From: Macrostomum lignano
Lineage: Eukaryota
Length of the DNA stretch: 64,000 nucleotides
Direction: 5' to 3'
Assembly (NCBI GenBank): GCA_002269645.1
Contig: NIVC01003597.1
Location: forward strand, 24,701-88,700
The position numbers and the translations under genes are program-made. Positions 39,812 through 51,933 of this stretch are shown here, piece by piece (positions within the stretch are counted from its first letter, which is position 1; the number at the start of each line of letters is the position of its first letter). The notes below the pieces were generated by a model, which saw nothing but the letters and a program-made list of their open reading frames with translations, made no database searches and had not been told where the DNA came from.

Positions 39812-42800
39812 ATGGGCAGCTCAAACAGCCAGCCGAAGCGTTCCAGTTCGATGTCTTCACGTCACAAATCCCGAACGTCAGTTTCTAGAACGTCATCATT
39901 GAATAATCGGCAGAAATCAGTCAGGTCCGCCGCCAGACCTGCACAAGCAGCCGCGTCTCGTCGGCCGCTTCCAAACGCCTGTTGGTCCGGCGACGCTCTC
40001 GACTCTTTGCCGAAACAAAAATTCGCAGCTACGACACCGGAATTACGTCATGTGATCGAAGAATTTCGGTCTAACTGGACTCTATTCAACGCTGATATGC
40101 TAGAAGACCCCAATTCGGCTGGCAAACTTCTTCTACGCTTTGTCAAGCCGTCAAGGAAGAATCTGGGGCCAAGGCTTTTGGATTTGCCTCATGCAGATGC
40201 CAGACGATGGAAGCACGTAGAAGCCGGTCTAAATAGTCTTCGCTCGAATGTCACGTCCGAGGATATTGAGCTTGCCATATATTCCTTTGGCAATCTAGAT
40301 CACTTTCACCGACCAAAGTTGGATGTGCTGCATCATTTACTTAATAACCATTGGCCTCGGGAGAAAGTAGAAAGATTCTACCGGGATATTCTACCTGGAA
40401 TGATACGTCTGGCACTCTCTCTGCCGGAAATTTTACCTGAGCAGATTCCGTTGTTAAGCCGCGGTCGACAAGCTGGTTGTCGTCCATTGAGCTTCACTCA
40501 GCAACAAGTTGCCTGTCTGCTCACTCACGCTTTCTTTTGCACTTTCGTGTACCAAGGCGGTCAATATCCGAGTATCAATTTCAATGGGTATGATTTTTAA
40601 TTTCTATTTTATGTGATTAATTTTACTATTTAATTATCAGTCTTTAATATCACCTATTAAATTTAAGAATATTTGTGTCTGGCGAATATCAAAGGCCGTG
40701 CACTCGTCGGATTGAGAAGCTGAAGTGCATCCTGCACTACATGGATCGCGTTGTTACTGACGGTATGCATTGATCCGCAGTATACCATATAGACGCCGTC
40801 TTATGCCACGGGTGTAATTACATGTAAAATAGCAGTTTTATAGCAGTTTATCGAGAAAAACGTAAACAAAACTGGTGTGTCGTTTTTACCAGTTATCCCG
40901 ATTAAAAACGACAATGAGCAGAGTACAGGCATAGCAACAAAAACTGTCAATGGAAAGTGTCACCCCAGTGTGTCTGATATTTGAAGGATGGAAGCTCGAA
41001 AGCTAAGCACTTGATATTTCATTGTTCTTGTGACAACTTCTATTACTTCATATCGCATTTTTAGCACCGCTAGGAGTGATCACAATCAGCCGGAAACGCC
41101 TTCGACACAGAATTAATTGGTCGGAGAGGACTGAGCCGATGCCTGAGCGATTGCACGTTTCGTCCACTGGGACAATTGAAGATACAGGTGGTGGCTTCTT
41201 GGAGGTTGATTTTGCAAACAAATTTCTTGGCGGAGGAGCTCTTGGACACGGATTGGTGCAGGAAGAGATCAGATTTATGATTAGTCCCGAGCTAATAGTG
41301 ACCAGACTAGTTACCGAGTGCCTCGACGACAACGAAGCCCTACTAATTGAGGGGTTCGAGAGATTCAGCGACTACTCGGGCTATGCCGACTCTTTCAGGT
41401 GGATCAGCAACCACAAAGATTCACGACCGGTTGGTGTAGACAGGCGGCGTTTATCGCAGCTGGTTGCCATGGATGCGGTGTGTTTCCGAAGCTGGATTGA
41501 GCAGTTTAGTGTCTATAACATTGAACGAGAGCTTCACAAAGCTTTGGTCGCATTCGGCGATGTAAAAGACAATAAGAGCGGTGCGCAGCAACATGGCGCA
41601 GTTGCCACTGGCAACTGGGGTTGTGGCGCGTTCAAGGGTGATGTCAGGCTGAAATTTCTCATCCAGTTGATGGCATGCTCACTCGCCAGGCGGCCTGTGG
41701 CGTACTTCACATTCGGGGATCAGCCACTTCAGCAGCGCCTCGTGGAGATGCATCAGTTCCTCATAAATAATAATGTTACAGTGGGTGGCGTCTACAACGC
41801 TCTGCTTGCCTACGTAGCTGAACTAAATGCAGGGTCCCATCGTGCTCGACGCCAAGAAATGACTGCGCAGTCTGCGCCAGACTTATTTCGTTTTGTGCTC
41901 AATTATGTCCAATCGACGCGTGGTCCTTCTTTTTACGATCCAGCTGCGAATTCCAATGTTCCTTACCCGTCTACCAATGGGAAGCATCCAGAACGCATAG
42001 CGGAAACTGATCAAAGCGGTGAGCGACAGAATTGGCAACAGTCAACGGAGACATCAGGACAGCAGCGGACAGACCCCGGAGAGAATGTCAGCACACATGG
42101 TGCACCAGCTGGACAAAGCTTTGACCATCAGAATCGGCAACAGCCAACGGAGATGTCACGACAGCAGCGGACGGACCCCGGAGCGAATGTCAGCACACAT
42201 GGTGCACCAGCTGAACAAAGCTTTGGGCATCAGAATCGGCAACAGCCAACGGAGATGTCACGACAGCAGCGGACGGACCCCGGAGCGAATGTCAGCACAC
42301 ATGGTGCACCAGCTGAACAAAGCTTTGGGCATCAGAATCGGCAACAGCCAACGGAGATGGCAGGACAGCAGACTGACCCGAGAGCGAACGTCAGGACACA
42401 GGGTGCACCAGCTGGACAAAGCGTTAGACAACACAATCAGAAAAATAAGAAGGCTAGTAAGTCAAATGGGAAGAAGAGAGGCAATGCAGAGAGTCAATCT
42501 GAAGCATCTGTTGGCTGTTTCGGCAAATCTAAACAAACAAATGTTCGTCGTAGTGTTTCTCCAAAAAAACCTGGAAAAGGTAATTGCTTAGTTGATTTTT
42601 GCATTTATTTTTATGGATTAATTTAGTTATCAATGTGATCAATTCTCATTTTTAGCCATCTTTGCCTAAAATATAGATTTTAGCGCTCAGTTAAAGAAGT
42701 TTTCTGTACCATTCAAGAATCTCTTCTCTGTATTGGTTTTTTCCGTCTGTTACCATGTTGATATGGCAAAAACTGTTTTTGCATTAAACTAAAGTATTTT

Positions 42801-43174
42801 CACGCCCAGTTAAAGAAAAATTTGCTGCCTAAGACACAGAGTTTTTTTCGAGCTAACTGCTGTAACAATTGGTCTGTTCAGAAAGATTAAAAAATAATGC
42901 TCTGCTTTGAGTGCTCAAGAACGCTAAAAACTATATTAACTCAAGTACAGGTGAACTCAAAGCTCAAGTATAAATCAAAACATAATCTTGATATTTCTGT
43001 TTTTTAGATCGGCCGTCGTCGATTCGAGAACCGGGTAGATCGAATCCAAGCGATCGAAGCTCGACAGAGGGGGAAAATGCCAATCTGGTTTCAAGTAATA
43101 CGAGTTCTGCAGCCAGGATAGCAAGGCGTAAGGTTGAAGCAAATAAGAACTCTGCTTATGTTACAGATGTGTAG
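39812..43174 (+). CDS. PARG: Poly(ADP-ribose) glycohydrolase paralog 2; exons 39812-40587, 40668-40762, 41065-42579, 43008-43174; 850 aa
   Basis: LLTHAFFCTF, IEKLKCILHYM, VDFANKFLGGGALGHGLVQEEIRF, ATGNWGCGAFKGD. First two introns are at the same positions as in paralog 1 (95-bp exon 2 in both); exons sum to 2553 nt. Confidence 0.95.
42028..42430. repeat. 102-bp coding repeat (~4 x QNRQQPTEMSRQQRTDPGANVSTHGAPAEQSFGH) in the PARG2 C-terminal region
   Basis: CAGAATCGGCAACAGCCAACGGAGATG recurs every 102 bp. Confidence 0.92.
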
Positions 43175-44111
43175 TCTTCACTCGAGTTATTAAATGTTAT
43201 TAATTCAAATTATTAAATGTGATTTTACAAACTGAACACAAAGACCAACAGTAACTTTTTCAGGAACAAACGTGCAGAGTTGTTTGTTTTTTATTCAATT
43301 TGAAAGACGAATCGATTCTGTAAGTTCAACTTTTTGATAGTTTATGCCAAAAAAGATATATAATTTCTCTTGCCGTTTTGGCGGAATTGTTTCTCAACTT
43401 TGCTCAACTTTTTGCTGTCTTAATATATCCAAGCTGTTTTATTGAGTCACGGAGTTTTAAGTAAATGATCTGGGGTGGAAACTGACGCTTGTGAAGTTTA
43501 AATTCTAATAAAGAGAGAGTAAAAACTATCTGACGATAAGATTTACAAAATTCAGGTGCTCCGGGCTCAGCGGTGTGGTCATGCTTGAGTACCTTATTGC
43601 TGGCTATAACACTCACACCGTAAAAAAACTAATTAAAAAATAACAAAAAATAACATGTGACATCTGTGATCCTTTTCATCAGTTTCGGGACTGCCATTTA
43701 CTTGTCGCTTACAGACAGACCGATTGTGCCCCGCTATTAATTTTACTGATGCCGCTGTTCAGATGCTGGATGCCGGCCATAAAGTATTCCAACTCGTTTA
43801 TCCCGATGTGATTTTTCTTTTGGAAGGCCTAATTTTTTTAAGTTCTTAGCCAATTTGCTAATGCAGATTTTTGTATAACATTTTCTTGCTTCAACGACCA
43901 ATTTTGATAAGTTCTCTTATTACCAAGTTATACATGTAAAAAATCTTTGAGACATTCCTTTTGTTTTTTTAAAGTGCTTTCGTGTTAATTGTAAAAAGTT
44001 GTAACTAAAATAACCCTACTTTTTTAAGATAAAAATTTATCTGTTTTTCTACCAAGCATTTTGTGACTCGTCTTCTTCAATTTCAAAAACATGAAATTCA
44101 AGAAAAACAAT

Positions 44112-44545
44112 GATGTCTCACATGATCACAAAAGATGTCTCACATGATCACAAAATATGTCTCGCATGATCACAAAGTATGTCTCACATGATCACAAAGG
44201 ATGTCTCACATGATCACAAAAGATGTCTCACATGATCACAAAATATGTCTCACATGATCACAAAATATGTCTCGCATGATACAAAAGATGTCTCACATGA
44301 TCACAAAATATGTCTCACATGATCACAAAGTATGTCTCACATGATCACAAAAGATTCTCACATGATTACAAAAGATGTCTCACATGATCACAAAGTATGT
44401 CCCACAATGTCACAAAAGATGTCTCACATGATCACAAAAGATGTCTCACATGATCACAAAAGATGTCTCACATGATCACAAAAGATGTCTCACATGATCA
44501 CAAAAGATGTCTCACATGATCACAGAGAATTTCTCACATGATCTG
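44112..44545. repeat. ~22-23-bp minisatellite (GATGTCTCACATGATCACAAAA)
   Basis: Tandem units read directly. Confidence 0.95.
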
Positions 44546-44768
44546 TCTGACATGAACCCAGACGATGTTTCATAGATCCCTTAGGACGTTTCACGTGTAC
44601 CCAGAGAATTTCTTTTATGATTCAAAAGAATGTCTCTCTTAGAGCTCTTTGGCCTGTTCAAATTGTATTGCAAGTGTATTTGTTCAGAAATTTGAGGTTT
44701 CTTTACCCCATCTTTCAGTTCAGCCTAAAGGCAATCTACCTCAGTCTCCAGGGCTCTCGCAGACAAAG

Positions 44769-45326
44769 ATGACGGGCAAACGGCAGCAGCCCGACCCGTT
44801 TGACTATCCGTCTTCTCTAGCATTCGGCATTATTGTTGGCTACGCGTTGGCTCTACTATTCGCGGTAATCATTGCTGCAATTCGACGCAAAAACTGCTGC
44901 AAAATTGTCGGTCCTAGCAGCGACAACTACCACTTGGTCCGCTTGGAGAGAACCGAGGTGGAACCGCTAACCTCGACGCCCGGTCGTGAAGTAGAGAGCA
45001 ACACTGACTCACCAACCAGAGTTGCTAACATCGCTGTCGCCCAGACAACAGAGCCTACGGTCGCGAATGCAGATATTGTCACGGTAGAACTCGCACTCAC
45101 TGGGTCAGAAACGGAGCGAGAAACTACAGCGGCAGCTGAGCCTGACGAAGTTGAAACAGAAGATGAAGTTAAAAGGCTGCGTCGCCTGACGGAGCAGCTG
45201 GACGCCATTTTGGACGAGTTCAACGCTGATGAGACAGACGACCGAATAGTGCTCGAACTCGCGCAGGAGATCGTGTCTACAGCTATACGTCAAGCTGTTG
45301 AAATTTGTCACGCCGAAAGCAATTAG
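44769..45326 (+). CDS. Single-pass membrane protein, 185 aa, acidic tail, C-terminal AKAP-like amphipathic helix
   Basis: TM segment LAFGIIVGYALALLFAVIIAAI followed by RRKNCCK; C-terminal ELAQEIVSTAIRQAV; acceptor CTCGCAG just upstream of the ATG. Confidence 0.7.
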   Translation: MTGKRQQPDPFDYPSSLAFGIIVGYALALLFAVIIAAIRRKNCCKIVGPSSDNYHLVRLERTEVEPLTSTPGREVESNTDSPTRVANIAVAQTTEPTVANADIVTVELALTGSETERETTAAAEPDEVETEDEVKRLRRLTEQLDAILDEFNADETDDRIVLELAQEIVSTAIRQAVEICHAESN

Positions 45327-45546
45327 TTTTTTTTCTACGCAAGTACAATGGGAAGTGGTGCTCAATTTTGGATTTTTTTGTTTTGATTTTGACTTCTGTG
45401 TCAAAGCGACTGCACGGCGCTATGTACTGCTAGTCTCTTTAACAGTTGCAGAGCCTGGCCATCTTTCTGTACTTTTTTATGCCAGAAATAGTGTTTTATT
45501 AATTTTGTTATTAATGTTACAAAGGACTCGCATTCAAAGTGTCGAA

Positions 45547-46130
45547 TGACTGTCAGGGCCAATTGACTGTCGGTGACAATTGTCTGTCAGTGCCAACTGA
45601 CTGTCAGTGCCAATTGACCGTCAGTGCCAATTGACTGTCAGTGCCAATTGACTGTCAGTGCCAATAGACTCAGTGACATTTGACCGTCAGTGCCAATTGA
45701 CTGTCGTTGACAATTGTCTGTCAGTGCCAATTAACTGCCAGTGCCAATTGACTGTCGGTGACAATTGACTGTCAGTGCCAATTGACTGTCAGTGTCAATT
45801 AACTGTCAGTGCCAATTGACTGTCAGTGCCAATTGACTCAGTGACATTTGTCTGTCAGTGCCAATAGACTCAGTGACATTTGACCGTCAGTGCCAATTAA
45901 CTGTCAGTGCCAATTGACTGTCAGTGCCAATTGACTGCCAGTGCCAATTTACTGTCAGTGCCAATTAACTGTCAGTGCCAATTGACTGTCAGTGAAATTT
46001 GACTGTCAGTGCCAATTGACTGCCAGTGCCAATTTACTGTCAGTGCCAATTAACTGTCAGTGCCAATTGACTGTCAGTGCCAATTGACTGTCAGTGAAAT
46101 TTGACTGTCAGTGCCATTTTACTTCTAGTG
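45547..46130. repeat. 17-bp minisatellite (TGACTGTCAGTGCCAAT)
   Basis: Tandem units with variants. Confidence 0.95.
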
Positions 46131-46720
46131 ACAATTGTTAACGCCATAATTTGCTAACCATAAGAGCATCAGCTAGAAATTCCGATTCTTCGAGATTTGT
46201 TTTAAACGGAAGCTTTGTTCATCATGCAACATGATACATTCGTCTTCTTATTATTGTGCACAGAATCTTTTTTGTGTCTTCGTACTGACTGCATGTTTAT
46301 TTTCAGTAATAATTTCTAATAGCTTGAAATGCCATCTTTTTGGGTATTAAACTTTTGCAAAAAAAATAAATAAAATCAGCTGATTGTTGTCCTATTTATT
46401 GTACAACATTTGTGTGCCTTGTTAGCTTGTTTTGTTATATTTGCTTTGTGCTTTTAAAAACTAAATTTGTGCTTGATGCTACTTTTGTCAGTAGCGTGAC
46501 GCGATTGCTCTATAGATTTTTTGACGCAGGTTTTTTTTGACATGCGCGCTGGCGGCTGTCGCACCATTTTAATAAAAACTGCTTTGCCTGGCTTCCTGTG
46601 TAGACAGAGGTTTATTGCACAATCCATTATTGGCTCAAGATTTACGAGTATTGATCATTGATGATTTTGTTAAGTTTATTGAATTCTTTAATATAATGAC
46701 ACCATCTGCCGCAAGCGCAA

Positions 46721-47320
46721 AGACCATCTGACTAAAATCCCATAAGACCATCTGACTAAAATCCCATAGGACCATCTGACTAAAATCCCATAGGACCATC
46801 TGACTAAAATTCCATAGGACCATCTGACTAAAATCCCATAAGACCATCTGACTAAAATCCCATAGGACCATCTGACTAAAATCCCATAGGACCATCTGAC
46901 TAAACTCCCATAGGATTATCGAACTAAAATCCCATAGGACCATCTGACTAAAATCCCATAGGACCATCTGACTAAAATCCCATAGGACCATCTGACTAAA
47001 ATCCCATAGGACCATCTGACTAAAATCCCATAGGACCATCTGACTAAAATCCCATAGGACCATCTGACTAAAATCCCATAGGACCATCTGACTAAAATCC
47101 CAAAGGACCATCGAACTAAAATCCCATAGGACCATCTAACTAAAATCCCATAGGACCATCGGACTAAAATCCCATAGGACCATCTGACTAAAATCCCATA
47201 GGACCATCTGACTAAAATCCCATAGGACCATCTGACTAAAATCCCATATGACCATCTGACTAAAATCCCATAGGACCATCGGACTAAAATCCTATATGAC
47301 CATCTGACTAAAATCCCATA
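46721..47320. repeat. 24-bp minisatellite (GACCATCTGACTAAAATCCCATAG)
   Basis: Tandem units read directly. Confidence 0.96.
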
Positions 47321-48334
47321 GGGCCGTGCGATCAGATTTAAGTCCATTTTAATATATTTCGACATTAAAATGCTAAGAAAACTCTAAAACATTTAAAAAT
47401 ACTACTTTAAGTAAGATACAGTATATTTTAACACCTTCAATTTTTCTGCCCAATTTCTAAAAAATGAGTTCCTAAATGTTCCCAAAAATGTTGAAAAATT
47501 GACGAAAAACTTTTTACCATCTTTAAAGAAGTGATAAAATTCTACATCCAGTTCCGCTACTTTTTGCTGAGTTCCCTCCGAAGATCACGGTTCACTCGTT
47601 TTGCCAGAATGAAGAAACTCCCAAAAGAAAAAGTCTTTAGGAATAAAATTTCCAGGATTTTTTTGTCTATCTGGGAGCCCGAGGGAAAGTTCAGAAATTT
47701 GACAGGTGCGAAGGCATTGAGAAGAATTGAATTAGGGGGGGGGGGGGTAGCGAGGGCGTGACGGCCCAGTGCTGCCGAACCCAGCCGGTTTTGCATGCAT
47801 TTGTAATTAGCCAAGCCAGCGACAAAATTTTGGCTAGCAAAGTCAAACAGGCTGGAGGGAGCTGAGGGCAGTGCAAATACCTGATGCCTCAAAATGCGCC
47901 TTGAGTACCTTGAGTACTACTCAAATGCTCGTATGGATGAATACAGTCAATACGGAACCGATTCAACTTGGGTTCTGGTGTGGTTAAGTGTTAAATTTTC
48001 TTTTTATTCAATTTCTTTTCGGGAGGGCTGCGGGCACCCTGAAGCCTTCGGCGACATTGTCTCACAACCAGGGATGAGGCGATTCTGGCCATTCAGCTGC
48101 CTCCTGAGCACATGCAAGCCCGCCAATACTGTACACACGCTCACACACGTGCCCTGGGGGTTGGACCTCACTGGTATGAATCGCATGGCAGACCTCAGCC
48201 ACTCTTCATGCAAATTAAACTGGGATTAACATAGACTCGAAATTCTCGAATATTAGGATGAGTAAAGATTGGATTAGTAGAAGGGATATTGCTAGTTGAG
48301 GTAGGGAGTTTTCATGGGAAGATATGGGTCGGGG

Positions 48335-48664
48335 CAGGCGCGTCGCCTCCGGGGGGGGGACAGGGGGGCCATGTCCCCCAGTAAAAACTATGGGGGACAT
48401 TCCAATGCTTTGTCCCCCCACCCTACCTTGTGACCCGTTGTGGTAATCAATATGAGTGCCTGTGGCGCCAAAAGTAGTGCCTGCGGCACCAAAATGAGTG
48501 CCTGTGGCGCCAAAAGTAGTGCCTGCGGCACCAAAATGAGTGCCTGCGGCGCCAAAATGAGCTATGACAACGCGATTCTCAAAATAATGGAGATGTAGAA
48601 ATTTAGTCATGTAGAATTCTTGGCTTTGTCCCCACCCACCATAAAATCCATGGCGACGCCCCTG
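48335..48664. mobile_element. hAT-type MITE, family C (330 bp) with an internal ~45-bp tandem repeat
   Basis: TIRs CAGGCGCGTCGCC / GGCGACGCCCCTG; 8-bp TSD GGTCGGGG/GGTCGGGT (7/8 match). Confidence 0.82.
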
Positions 48665-49455
48665 GGTCGGGTGACAAGAAATTGGTAGATACTTCACAAC
48701 CGACAGGGACGGGAAACAACAAAAGTTTGAGGCCCATCAATCAATAAATTAGTCCTCGAAAAGCATTACTTGGATAGGTTTTTACCACAGACAAAAACTC
48801 ACTGATTTAAAGGGAATACACTAAGAAGATAGCAGCTCATCGGCCTCCAAATTTTGTTGTTTCACGATGGGAGTTCTATCCCATTTCTCATCCAACGGAG
48901 GAGTTCCACTCGTATACATTAAAGCTAGCATGGCCATTATGACACTTTGGGCCGCCGCTCTCCCAGATCTGGTGGCGAATGACGCAACCTGTTGCGAGAG
49001 ACGCCTTTACTGAGTTATAGTCTATGGCCCAGAGTTGGTTCACAGGGCCCTGGCAGATTGGGAGATGGCCAAGTGAGGTCAGACAAAGTCAAGGGGGGCA
49101 GCTGGGGCTGGTCGGTTCCATCCACGCCCCCCGTGTCCTACGGCCAGGATTGATCATTGTAAAAGTTCTATGCTCATAAAATTCAATGATAGCTGGCTGC
49201 TCCAGTATAACAATTGACTTTGACCAGCATCAGTTTAGATTGCGCGTTGAGGCCGCGATGGTGTGTGGTGGCGCAAGCGGTTGCTTTTCAATTTTAATAA
49301 TCACTTTCAAATTTTGCAGATTTATAAACGATTTTGCTGGCAGCTGTGCATGGCAACTAATGTAAATTCGAATTTATTTAAGCAATTTTGGATTCAATTT
49401 TACCAATCCTTGAGATTTGATTTTTAAAGGAGCGATTGAGTTTCAGATAGTCACT

Positions 49456-49707
49456 CTTGTGCCAGTCGCGCCTATTAAACTCCGCGCTTGTACCAGTCGC
49501 GCCTATTAAACTCCGCGCTTGTGCCAGTCGCGCCTATTAAACTGCGCACTTGTGCCAGTCGCTCCTATTAAACTGCGCGCTTATGCTAGTCGCGCCTATT
49601 AAACTGCGCGCTTATGCTAGTCGCGCTTATTAAACTGCGCGCTTGTGCCAGTCGCGCCAACTGAACTGCGCGCTTGTGCCAGTCACGCCAATTAAACTGC
49701 GCGCTTA
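49456..49707. repeat. 31-bp minisatellite (CTTGTGCCAGTCGCGCCTATTAAACTGCGCG), ~8 units
   Basis: Tandem units read directly. Confidence 0.93.
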
Positions 49708-50597
49708 ATCAGGCATCCGTTTCAGTGGTTGATTCTCAGTGTGCTTCTTGAGAATAATAATCGCTAATGGGGATGCAATTAAGGTCGGTATCTCATGCTT
49801 TTTAAAATGCTAAAAATTTCTATTTTCAAAATTTCTGTCGAGTGCTTGCTTGGGTGATTAAAAAATCGACCTTCAGGCTACCTGGCACAAAGCGGCTCAA
49901 AATTAAAGACGATTAATCACACAATACTACAACAATTGTCTTCAATAGATGCCATCGACAAACTCGGCCTGCAGTTGCTCCTTGAGTAACGCAGCAAATC
50001 GTTCTGAGTTTTGTTTGCCAACAACGGGCATTTTTTATGAAATTTTTTAATCCCCTGTCCTCCGGCCGGTGTTTAAACTGCGGCTCCCTCAATTTCCCAT
50101 TTAATTCCGGCGCTCGAAATGAATTGAAGGAGGGAATGGGAGAGGCAGACAGGAAAGGGTTGAGCGAATATGAATTTCTGTGGCGGAAGGGGCGCTGAAA
50201 AAGCCGGCAAACAGAATTTAATGGCGGCAGGCAGAGCCAATGAATAGACTCGCTATAGAGTGGAGCACGCCGTGTTTGTCCAAGCCTGATGAGGCTGGGA
50301 AGCTGACTTCAAGATTTCGCTTTTTAACTCGAATTGCCCCGAAGTGGATTTATAGAAAGCAAAAAAACTCATTATTCAGTTCGGGACACGAAAGCCGTCG
50401 CTCTATTTACGTGTATTGCTATATTTTTTGTCATGCCGAGCTAAGGGGGTCAGTGAGCCATCCCAGCCCTTTCTTCAGGGAAATTTTATTTTTGTTAGTG
50501 GGACTAAATGTTTCTGAAATCGGTTTTTCTAATTTAATAGCAATTTTTCTGTTTCTGATTAATTGCATGTAGCAGGAACTGTTTTGGACCCTCCAGA

Positions 50598-51435
50598 ACA
50601 ACTTGGCGCCCCAGGAACTGACTTGGTGCCTCAAAACCTGACATGGCGCCTCAGGAATTGACATGGCGCCTCAAGGACTGACTTGGCGCCTTAGGGACTG
50701 ACATGGCGCCTTAGGAACTGACATGGCGCCTCAGGAATTGACATGGCGCCTCAAGGACTGACTTGGCGCCTTAGGGACTGACATGGCGCCTTAGGAACTG
50801 ACATGGCGCCTTAGGAACTGACTTGGCGCCTTAGGGACTGACTTGACGCCTTAGGGACTGACTTGGCGCCTTAGGGACTGACTTGGCGCCTTAGGGACTG
50901 ACTTGGCGCCTTAGGGACTGACTTGGCGCCTTAGGGACTGACTTGGCGCCTTAGGGACTGACTTGGCGCCTTAGGGACTGACTTGGCGCCTTAGGAACTG
51001 ACTTGGCACCTTAGAGACTGACTTGGCGCCTTAGGGACTGACTTGGCGCCTTAGGGACTGACTTGGCACCTTAGAGACTGACTTGGCGCCTTAGGAACTG
51101 ACTTGGCACCTTAGGGACTGACTTGGCGCCTTAGGGACTGACATGGCGCCTCAAGAACTGACATGGCGCCTTAGGGACTGACTTGGCGCCTCAGGAACTG
51201 ACTTTGTTGGCGCTTCAAGAACTGACATGGCGCTTCAATAATTAACATGGCGCCTCAGGAATCGACATGGTGCCTCAGGGACTAACATGGCGCCTCAGGG
51301 ACTGACATGGCGCCTAAGAAACTGACATGGTGCCTCAAGAACTGACTTAGCGCTTCAAGAACTGACTTGGCGCCTCAAAAACTGACATGGCGCCTCAAAA
51401 ACTGACATGGCGCCTTAGGGACTGACTTGGCACCT
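50598..51435. repeat. 20-bp minisatellite (GACTGACTTGGCGCCTTAGG)
   Basis: ~40 units; homogeneous core with diverged flanks. Confidence 0.96.
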
Positions 51436-51933
51436 TGGAAATCTATTTCTTGCTCCGTTTTGTGTCCCATCTTATTGACAATTAAACGCTGCTAAAAATT
51501 TCGCGTGAATTTAATTCTATTGGTTAGCTGAACTCAAAACTTTCTCTGATGTCAGATAAATTATAATTCACTAAATAGTCGTTAGGACCTGCTCAATCTT
51601 TCAATCCATCCAGGAAGCTTTCTCAAACTCATCGACAGCCAATGGGAATTGCGGAGGGGCGGCGGCTGAGCGGAGCGGGACTGCAGGGGGGGGCGGGACA
51701 GGACAGCCTCCATAGTGAAAACTGTAGTTTGAGTCATCCAATCTCGATCCACATCATCTACAGCCGTAGCCCATCCATTCATCCATTGTCTCATCTGCAA
51801 GGGAGGTGGGGGGTTATGCTTGCAAACTAACTAGTTTAAATACCCAGCTAAAAGCAGGGACTGCTCGAAAGCGATTGTCAATCGAACTGAGCGACCGAAT
51901 TAGCAGTCAATTGTTTGCCAATCTCGGTGCGGC

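Noticed and set aside
46635-47365. MVLWDFSQ and WSYGILVR repeat ORFs
   Set aside because: Translations of the 24-bp array with no flanking coding context
47319-47768. Possible MITE with GGGCCGT...ACGGCCC ends
   Set aside because: Inverted match is only 7 bp, no TSD, and the left end merges with the 24-bp array
50598-51435. TGGCGCC as a retroviral tRNA-Lys primer-binding site
   Set aside because: It occurs in every unit of a minisatellite; no LTR or gag/pol nearby
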